NCBI GenBank assembly: GCA_036556905.1
Contig: DATBIM010000035.1
Location: 1 to 12,505 of the forward strand
From: Candidatus Methylomirabilota bacterium
Lineage (GTDB): Bacteria > Methylomirabilota > Methylomirabilia > Rokubacteriales > CSP1-6
Direction of reading: 5' to 3'
DNA: 12,505 nt
In this document: positions 6,931 through 12,505 of the stretch, piece by piece
Layout: the number at the start of each line of letters is the position of its first letter
How positions within the stretch are numbered: the stretch's first letter is position 1
The notes under the pieces: generated by a model
Databases searched by the model: none
What the model was told of the DNA's origin: nothing
Seen by the model: only the letters and a program-made list of their open reading frames with translations
Position numbers and translations under genes: made by a program

Positions 6931-7743
6931 ATGAGCGAGGCGGCGCTCGAGTCGCTGCTCCGTCGCGACCGGCTCGTCGTGAGCGTCGCGCTGGCGGTGC
7001 TGGTCGTCGCCGCCTGGGCCTATCTCCTCTATCTCGCGTCCGCGATGGCGGACATGGCGATGCCCGATATGCCCGGGATGCCGGGCATGGCCATGGCGAT
7101 GCCCGCCATGCATCCGTGGAGCTGGGTGGAGGCGGGTGCGCTTGCCGTCATGTGGGCGGTGATGATGGTCGCCATGATGACGCCGTCGGCCGCGCCGATG
7201 ATCCTGATGTTCGCCACCATCCACCGGCGCCGTGCCGCCGAAGGGCGTGCCGCGGTGCCCACGGCGATCTTCCTCCTGGGCTATTTCGTCGTCTGGACGA
7301 TCTTCAGCGTCGTCGCGGCGCTCGCCCAGACCGGCCTCCACGCCGCCGCGCTGCTCTCGCCCGCCATGGCGGCCACGAGCCCGCTGCTCTCCGGCGGCCT
7401 GCTCATCGCCGCCGGCGTGTTCCAGTGGACGCCGCTCAAGCGCGCCTGCCTCGCCACCTGCCGCTCACCGCTGTCCTTCCTCATGACCAGCTGGCGCGAA
7501 GGCCGCGGCGGCGCCTTCGTGATGGGGATGCGCCATGGCCTCTACTGCCTCGGCTGCTGCTGGGCGCTCATGGCGCTGCTGTTCGTCGCGGGCGTGATGA
7601 ACCTCCTGTGGGTCGCCGCCATCGCGGTGACCGTCCTCGTGGAGAAGGTGGTGCCGGGTGGCGACCTCGTCGGTCGCCTCGCCGGCCTGGGGCTCGTCGC
7701 CGCCGGCGTGCTGCTTCTGGCTCGAGTGATCGTGCCCGCCTGA
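6931..7743 (+). CDS. DUF2182-family predicted metal-binding integral membrane protein with a Met-rich motif
   Basis: It has 6-7 hydrophobic transmembrane segments. Between TM1 and TM2 lies MADMAMPDMPGMPGMAMAMPAMHP, with MxM/MxxM spacing like copper-binding Mets motifs. Conserved C...C and CxxCC features are present: TPLKRACLATCRSP and LYCLGCCW. DUF2182 is a known partner of DUF1326. Confidence 0.7.
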   Translation: MSEAALESLLRRDRLVVSVALAVLVVAAWAYLLYLASAMADMAMPDMPGMPGMAMAMPAMHPWSWVEAGALAVMWAVMMVAMMTPSAAPMILMFATIHRRRAAEGRAAVPTAIFLLGYFVVWTIFSVVAALAQTGLHAAALLSPAMAATSPLLSGGLLIAAGVFQWTPLKRACLATCRSPLSFLMTSWREGRGGAFVMGMRHGLYCLGCCWALMALLFVAGVMNLLWVAAIAVTVLVEKVVPGGDLVGRLAGLGLVAAGVLLLARVIVPA

Positions 7744-7750
7744 TACCGAC

Positions 7751-8722
7751 CTACAGGCTCCTGAGGAAATCGAGCATCGCGGCAGTGACCTCCCGGGGCC
7801 GTTCCTGCTGCGTCCAGTGGCCGCACCCGGGGAGCATGATCGTCTTCCGGAGCTGGGGGACGAATGTCTTGAGGTTCGGGATGAGCTGGTCCATGCCCCG
7901 GAAGGCGACGACGAGGTCCCGGTCGCCGGCGACGTAGAGGGCGGGGACGGTCACCCGCGCCCCGGCAAAGGGCGCCAGCAGCTCCCAGCTGCGGTCGATG
8001 TTGCGGTACCAGTTGAGCCCTCCGCGGAAGCCGGTGCGCGTGAATTCCTTCGTGTAGAAGTCGAGGTCGGCCTCGGACAGCCACGCCGGCAAGGCCGAGG
8101 GCTCGACCAGGCTGCTGAGGAGGCCACCACGCCTCGGCACCAGTCCGACTCGATCGGCATCGGGAAATGCTGCGTCCCCGCGGGGCAGGTCGCCCGAGGC
8201 CGTGTACAGGAGGCAGCGCAGGGAACGACGGACGTCGCGCTCGAGCTCGGCCTCGGCCACGCCCGGCTCCTGGAAGTAGAGCTGGTAGAACAGCCCGTCG
8301 TCGGTCTGGGGCATGACGGTGGTCGGACGGACCCGGCCGCGCGGCCGGAACGGGACGCTGAGAGCGATGACTGCGCGCACGCGGTCGGGACGGAGCAGTG
8401 CGGCGTGCCAGGCCACCGGGGCGCCCCAGTCGTGGCCGACGATCACGGCCGATTCAGCGCCCAGCGCCTCGATCAGGCCGACGATGTCGCCGACGACGTG
8501 CAGCAGCGTGTACTGCTCGATCGCCTGCGGCTGATCGGTCTGGCCGTAGCCGCGCATGTCGGGCGCGACGGCATGGAAGCCCGCCGCGGCGAGCGCGGGC
8601 ACCTGGTGCCGCCAGGAGTACCAGGACTCCGGGAACCCATGGCAGAGGATCACCGCCGGGCCCTCCCCCTGCTCGGCGATGTGCATGCGGATACCGTTCG
8701 CCTCGACGAAGCGATGGATCAT
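7751..8722 (-). CDS. Alpha/beta-hydrolase, epoxide hydrolase-like, 323 aa
   Basis: MIHRFVEANGIRMHIAEQGEGPAVILCHGFPESWYSWRHQ carries the HGFP oxyanion motif. VIVGHDWGAPVAW supplies the Asp nucleophile, NWYRN a cap Tyr, and GCGHWTQQERP the catalytic His. The 773-aa ORF in the track is an upstream frame extension across the neighbouring gene. The real ATG at 8722 overlaps the S41 stop as ATGA. Confidence 0.85.
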   Translation of the reverse strand: MIHRFVEANGIRMHIAEQGEGPAVILCHGFPESWYSWRHQVPALAAAGFHAVAPDMRGYGQTDQPQAIEQYTLLHVVGDIVGLIEALGAESAVIVGHDWGAPVAWHAALLRPDRVRAVIALSVPFRPRGRVRPTTVMPQTDDGLFYQLYFQEPGVAEAELERDVRRSLRCLLYTASGDLPRGDAAFPDADRVGLVPRRGGLLSSLVEPSALPAWLSEADLDFYTKEFTRTGFRGGLNWYRNIDRSWELLAPFAGARVTVPALYVAGDRDLVVAFRGMDQLIPNLKTFVPQLRKTIMLPGCGHWTQQERPREVTAAMLDFLRSL

Positions 8723-10125
8723 CGCGACGGCCTGGCCCCCACCACGTCGAGGGCCCGGCGGAGCTGGGGATCCCGCGCGGGGTCCCAGAGCCACCGGTCT
8801 TCGTCGACGCTGCGGGCGACCTCTACGTCCGGAGTGAGCCCGCGCCGATCGATGGAGCGGCCCGCGGGCGTGAACCAGTGGGCCGTCGTCAGCCTGAGCC
8901 CGGCGCCGTTGGTGAGCGGGATGATGCTCTGGATCGACGCGCGCCCTTGCGTGGTCGTCCCGACGAGCCGGGCGCGCTGCCACTCCTGGAGCGCGCTGGC
9001 CACGATCTCCGCGCCCGCCGCCGTGCCCTCGTCCACCAGGACCACGAGCGGCGCGTCGAGGCTCGGACGCTTGGCGTGGGCGGGGAACCGCACGCTCTGT
9101 TGCGGCGTCCGTCCCTCGGTATAGGTCACCAGCCTCCCCGCGGGCAGAAACAGCTCGGCCACGCCGATCGCCGCCGTCACGGGCCCACCGCTGTTGACCC
9201 GGAGATCGAGCACGAGCGCCCGCGCCCCCGCCGCGCCCAGCGTGTCCAGCGCGGTCTGGACTTCCGGGGGCGTCGAATCCTGGAGCCGACGGATCCGGAT
9301 GTAGCCGACGCCCGGACGAACCACCTTCGACTCCACGCTGCGGGCCCGGCTCGCCTCCCTGACGACGGAGATCTCTCGAGGCTGGGCCCACTCTCGCCGG
9401 GCGACGGTCAGCGCCGCGGCGCTGCCCGGTCTCCCCCAGAACAGGTCGACGGCATCGGTGAGCTTCATGCGCTCGGTCGATACCCCGTCGATCCGCAGAA
9501 TCCGATCGCCCGCGCGAAGCCCGGCGCGGGCTCCCGGGCCGCCCTCGATCGGGGCGACGACCGTCAGGGCCCGGTCGCGCAGCGTGACGTCGAGGCCGAC
9601 CCCGGCCGGTGGGGCGTTCTTGAGCGTCGCGTACCGCGTCGGATCGAGGTAGGCGCCGTTGTCGTCGAGGGCCATGAGGCCCCGGAGCATGGTGGCATTG
9701 AGGTCGTCGACGCTCGTGCCCAGCCGGGTCCGCACGAAGTCCGACGCCCGCTGGACCGCCCGGAGCATATCGGCCGCCGAGGGATCGGGTGGCCAGGACA
9801 GCACGAGCATGGACTCGGGGGACCGTGACTCGCCCTGCATGATCGTCGCGCCGTAGCCACCCTCGACGACGCGGATCGCGCGCTTGGGGGGAATCGCCTC
9901 CAGGCTGCGGAGGGCGGTCAGGCCGAGAGTCTCGACCGGAATCTCGGCCACATGCTGGGCGCGCACGACGGTGATCGCCTCGGCCACGGGCCCACTGGTC
10001 TCTCGGGGCGTCCCCCCGGGCAGGACCACGCGATCCTGATGCTGGCCACCCGTCGTGCAGGCGGCCGCCCACAGCAGGAGCCCCGCCGCGCCTCCGAGGT
10101 AGCGGACCCGTGGTCGCTTCGTCAT
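8719..10125 (-). CDS. S41 (C-terminal processing peptidase/Tsp) family lipoprotein with PDZ domain, predicted catalytically inactive
   Basis: The real start is MTKRPRVRYLGGAAGLLLWAAAC, a lipoprotein-type signal with the ATG at 10125. The PDZ domain is GVGLDV...GLRAGDRILRIDG. S41 core motifs are GYIRI, LDLRVNSGG and VLVDEG-TAAGAE-IVASALQ...TQGRASIQS. The Ser and Lys dyad positions read Ala370 and Arg395. The ATG overlaps the dinB stop as ATGA. Confidence 0.8.
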   Translation of the reverse strand: MTKRPRVRYLGGAAGLLLWAAACTTGGQHQDRVVLPGGTPRETSGPVAEAITVVRAQHVAEIPVETLGLTALRSLEAIPPKRAIRVVEGGYGATIMQGESRSPESMLVLSWPPDPSAADMLRAVQRASDFVRTRLGTSVDDLNATMLRGLMALDDNGAYLDPTRYATLKNAPPAGVGLDVTLRDRALTVVAPIEGGPGARAGLRAGDRILRIDGVSTERMKLTDAVDLFWGRPGSAAALTVARREWAQPREISVVREASRARSVESKVVRPGVGYIRIRRLQDSTPPEVQTALDTLGAAGARALVLDLRVNSGGPVTAAIGVAELFLPAGRLVTYTEGRTPQQSVRFPAHAKRPSLDAPLVVLVDEGTAAGAEIVASALQEWQRARLVGTTTQGRASIQSIIPLTNGAGLRLTTAHWFTPAGRSIDRRGLTPDVEVARSVDEDRWLWDPARDPQLRRALDVVGARPSR

Positions 10126-11216
10126 GACGTCGGCTCCGCCGCCCGCACGAGCTTCTCCGCGCGCACGCCGATCAGCCGGATCTTGCGCTGGCGGGGGTTC
10201 TCGCGGTGATCCAGGAAGGGCAGGAGCAGGCGGACGGCCCCGGTGTAGAGGGCGTTCTCGGTGGTGAGCGGTTCCCGGGGCGTGTGCGAGCGGGTGAAGG
10301 TCATGAAGTTCTCGAAGCGCACGGTCACGGTGACGGTGCGGAAGGCCGAGAAGCCGTGGCCGCCCAGGCGCACGAAGACGCTGCGGGCCAGCTCGCGCGC
10401 GCGCTCCAGCACGAACGCCGCCTCCAGGGTGTCGCGCTCGAACGTCTCCTGCTCGCCGACGCTCTTGGGCTCCCACTCGTTGGACACCGGGCTGTCCGAA
10501 TTGCCGCGGGCCTTGGCGTAGAGATCTTCCCCCCAGCGGCCGAACCAGTCGACGAGCTGGAGGAGCTCGAGGTCACGGAGCTGGCGGACGGTGCGAATCC
10601 CGCGCTCGTGGAGCAGGGCCTCGGACTTGGGCCCGATGCCGGGGATGACCCGGATCCGGAGCGGATCGAGGAAGGCCTGGACCTCGTCCGGGCGCACCAC
10701 GGTCAGGCCATCCGGCTTCTTGAAGTCGGAGGCGATCTTGGCCACGAGCTTGTTGGGGCCCAGCCCCACGGTGCAGGTGAGCCCCTCCTGCGCGACGATC
10801 TCACGCTTGATGGCCAGCGCGCGCTCGGCGGCGGCCTCGAAGGTGGCCAGCGTCGAGAGGTCCAGGTAGGCCTCGTCGATACTGGCCTCCTCGAAGAGAT
10901 CGGCGCGCTGGGCCAGCAGGGCCATGATGCGCTGGGAGACCTCACCGTAGAGCTTGTGGTTGCCCTCGATGAAGACCGTGGCGGGCTCGCCCCGGCGCTG
11001 GGCAGCCTGGGCCAGCCGCCAGGCCCGGGTGATCGGCAGGGCAGACCGGATGCCGTACTTGCGGGCCGCGTAGTTCGCGGCGGTCACCACGCCTCGGCCC
11101 TGCCCGTCCTTGGGGTCGGCGCCCACGACCACCGGCCGGCCCCGGAGCTGTGGGTTGTAGCGCTCCTCGACGGCGGCGTAGAAGGCGTCCATGTCCACGT
11201 GCGCGATGATCCGCAC
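10122..11216 (-). CDS. dinB: DNA polymerase IV (Y-family translesion polymerase)
   Basis: GTG start at 11216. The sequence VRIIAHVDMDAFYAAVE...EASIDEAYLDL...PGIGPKSEALLHERGIRTVRQL is canonical DinB/UmuC. It is 364 aa, and the TGA stop overlaps the next gene's ATG. Confidence 0.9.
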   Translation of the reverse strand: MRIIAHVDMDAFYAAVEERYNPQLRGRPVVVGADPKDGQGRGVVTAANYAARKYGIRSALPITRAWRLAQAAQRRGEPATVFIEGNHKLYGEVSQRIMALLAQRADLFEEASIDEAYLDLSTLATFEAAAERALAIKREIVAQEGLTCTVGLGPNKLVAKIASDFKKPDGLTVVRPDEVQAFLDPLRIRVIPGIGPKSEALLHERGIRTVRQLRDLELLQLVDWFGRWGEDLYAKARGNSDSPVSNEWEPKSVGEQETFERDTLEAAFVLERARELARSVFVRLGGHGFSAFRTVTVTVRFENFMTFTRSHTPREPLTTENALYTGAVRLLLPFLDHRENPRQRKIRLIGVRAEKLVRAAEPTS

Positions 11217-11268
11217 GATGGGCCCACGCTATCGCCGCGGGCCGGCGACGGTCAAGGCCGGGGGCGTC

Positions 11269-11748
11269 TCAGCCGAGGTAGGCTCGGACCAGGTCCTCCT
11301 GGCCTCGCGTCTCCACCGCGCCCGGCACCAGCCGGCGGATCCACACCAGGGCTTCGTTGCCCGAGAGCCCCAGCACCTCGCGGGCCAGGCACGCGGCGAA
11401 CATCCCGGTCCGGCCCATGCCCGCGCGGCAGTGGACGGCGACGTGGCGGCCGACCCGGAGCTCCTCGAGCACCCGCCGCACGTAGGGCCGGATGGGCTCG
11501 CCCTTGCCGGCGGTGAAGTCGCGCATGGGCAGGTGGATCACGTCCAGGCTCCGGCTGCGGTAGAGCCCGATGAGATCGCAGCGGGCCGTGTCCAGGCACT
11601 CCTGCGCTTCGGCCAGGACGACGATCAGCGAGATCTCGTTCAGCGTGAACAGGTCGAGGAGCAGGCCGGCCCGGTCGAATTCGCTGAAGGGCATGGGGCA
11701 CCGGTAGAGCCGGCCGGGCAAATTCAGCGGCAGCTCCGTCAGCGCCAT
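11269..11748 (-). CDS. Dual-specificity / protein-tyrosine phosphatase (CX5R P-loop), 159 aa
   Basis: VAVHCRAGMGRTGMFAACL is the HCxxGxxRT catalytic loop at the position expected for a DUSP fold. AGGGG precedes the ATG at 11748. It is the first gene of the minus-strand cluster ahead of dinB. Confidence 0.7.
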   Translation of the reverse strand: MALTELPLNLPGRLYRCPMPFSEFDRAGLLLDLFTLNEISLIVVLAEAQECLDTARCDLIGLYRSRSLDVIHLPMRDFTAGKGEPIRPYVRRVLEELRVGRHVAVHCRAGMGRTGMFAACLAREVLGLSGNEALVWIRRLVPGAVETRGQEDLVRAYLG

Positions 11749-11757
11749 CGCCCCTAT

Positions 11758-11788
11758 CTTGCCGTGACGGGCAACCCGGGGCGTAGAA
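11758..11788 (+). promoter_or_regulatory. Candidate promoter and operator region for the P5C dehydrogenase gene: TTGCCG-N19-TAGAAT, with a TTGCC-N6-GGCAA inverted repeat
   Basis: TAGAAT lies at 11783-11788, about 25 nt before the GGAGGT SD at 11801-11806. The inverted repeat at 11758-11773 overlaps the -35 region. The region is divergent from the phosphatase/dinB cluster. Confidence 0.3.
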
Positions 11789-11813
11789 TCAAATGCAGCA
11801 GGAGGTACCGGTC

Positions 11814-12505
11814 ATGGCCAACGCCGTGTTCAGCGTCCCCACCCCTCGCAACGAGCCCGCCCTCACCTACGCGCCGGGCACGCCGGAGCGGCCGGCGCTC
11901 CGTGGCCAGCTCCAGAAGATGGCCAGCGAGGTGATCGAGATCACCCCGTGGATCGGCGGCCGTCCGGTGAAGACCGGCCGCGTCGCCGAGGCCACGATGC
12001 CGCACGACCACCGCCACGTGCTGGCCACCTGGCACAAGGCGGGCGCGCGAGAAGTCGAGCGGGCGATCGGGGCGGCCCTGGGCGCGCACGCCACGTGGTC
12101 GCGGATGGCCTGGGCCGATCGCGCGGCGATCTTCCTCAGGGCCGCCGAGCTGCTGGCCGGGCCCTGGCGGCAGGTGCTCAACGCCGCCACGATGCTGGGA
12201 CAGTCCAAGACCGCGCACCAGGCCGAGATCGACTCGGCCTGCGAGCTGATCGACTTCTGGCGCTTCAACGTCCACTTCGCCGAAGAGATCTATCGGCAGC
12301 AGCCGCTCTCGACGCCCGGCGTGTGGAACCGGCTCGAGCACCGGGCGCTGGAGGGCTTCGTCTTCGCGGTGACGCCGTTCAACTTCACCGCCATCGGCGG
12401 CAACCTGCCGACGGCGCCAGCCATTCTCGGGAACATCGTCGTGTGGAAGCCGGCCTCCTCGGCGATCGTCTCGGCGCACTACATCATGGCGCTGCTGGAA
12501 GCCGC
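11814..12505 (+). CDS. pruA: 1-pyrroline-5-carboxylate (L-glutamate gamma-semialdehyde) dehydrogenase, 5' partial; continues past the window end
   Basis: ATG 11814 with a GGAGGT SD 7 nt upstream. The translation MANAVFSVPTPRNEPALTYAPGTPERPALRGQLQKM...FAVTPFNFTAIGGNLPTAPAILGNIVVWKPASSAI resembles monofunctional P5CDH/ALDH4-type enzymes of the Thermus/Bacillus RocA type. It has no stop in the window, which is why it is absent from the ORF track. Confidence 0.85.
   Translation, partial: MANAVFSVPTPRNEPALTYAPGTPERPALRGQLQKMASEVIEITPWIGGRPVKTGRVAEATMPHDHRHVLATWHKAGAREVERAIGAALGAHATWSRMAWADRAAIFLRAAELLAGPWRQVLNAATMLGQSKTAHQAEIDSACELIDFWRFNVHFAEEIYRQQPLSTPGVWNRLEHRALEGFVFAVTPFNFTAIGGNLPTAPAILGNIVVWKPASSAIVSAHYIMALLEA

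Noticed and set aside
6910-6933. DUF1326 and DUF2182 are in the same reading frame, separated by a single TGA plus 18 nt that can form a CGCGG-ccggcc-CCGCG hairpin. Possible selenocysteine recoding or readthrough fusion.
   Set aside because: The hairpin is far smaller and differently placed than a bacterial SECIS. A Sec or readthrough linker between a soluble Cys-cluster domain and a membrane protein has no precedent that I know of. The same-frame arrangement has a 1-in-3 chance by coincidence. It is worth a glance only if fused homologues exist.
7751-10072. 773-aa minus-strand ORF suggesting a large fusion protein
   Set aside because: Only the C-terminal 323 aa have a recognisable fold (epoxide hydrolase). 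The upstream 450 residues are Arg/Gly/Pro-rich noise read out of frame across the real S41 gene, a typical stop-free shadow frame in about 72% GC DNA.
1-12505. Mobile element, CRISPR, tRNA or rRNA signals
   Set aside because: No direct-repeat arrays, no transposase or integrase-like ORFs, no terminal inverted repeats flanking the low-GC pocket, and no tRNA-like cloverleaf segments were recognisable by eye.

Overview
This is a 12.5 kb, high-GC (about 70%) bacterial chromosomal segment containing 15 protein-coding genes and two degraded or partial ones. I saw no rRNA or tRNA genes, CRISPR array, transposase or integrase. One outer-membrane beta-barrel protein ends in a C-terminal Phe, so the host is a diderm. 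Most starts sit behind strong GGAGG-type ribosome-binding sites. Several real starts are GTG or TTG, and I trimmed them where the ORF track over-extended.

Gene order, left to right:
- A partial FAD-dependent oxidoreductase, then a MOSC-domain protein with a coupled 18-codon upstream ORF (all on the minus strand).
- A CGNR zinc-finger regulator (plus strand).
- A decayed VapC (PIN) toxin remnant and an intact Phd/YefM antitoxin (minus strand).
- A secreted NHL beta-propeller protein and an outer-membrane beta-barrel protein (plus strand).
- An SPFH/prohibitin protein and an Eis-like GNAT acetyltransferase (minus strand).
- A DUF1326/DUF2182 gene pair (plus strand).
- A four-gene minus-strand cluster: dual-specificity phosphatase, DinB, S41 peptidase-like lipoprotein, epoxide hydrolase.
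- The 5' part of a 1-pyrroline-5-carboxylate dehydrogenase (plus strand).

The most interesting signals:
- The S41 (C-terminal processing peptidase) homologue in the DinB cluster has both catalytic-dyad positions substituted (Ser to Ala, Lys to Arg), so it is probably a pseudo-protease.
- DinB, the S41-like gene and the epoxide hydrolase are chained by ATGA stop/start overlaps, an unusual context for a translesion polymerase.
- The DUF1326/DUF2182 pair carries a CxCxxxCxC cysteine cluster and a copper-type Met-rich motif, suggesting an uncharacterised metal-handling module.
- The outer-membrane protein and SPFH genes form a roughly 60% GC pocket in a 72-75% GC background.
- The Phd/YefM antitoxin is intact while its VapC partner has lost about 50 internal codons, and tandem palindromes overlap the antitoxin promoter.

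All calls rest on motif recognition by eye; nothing was searched against a database.
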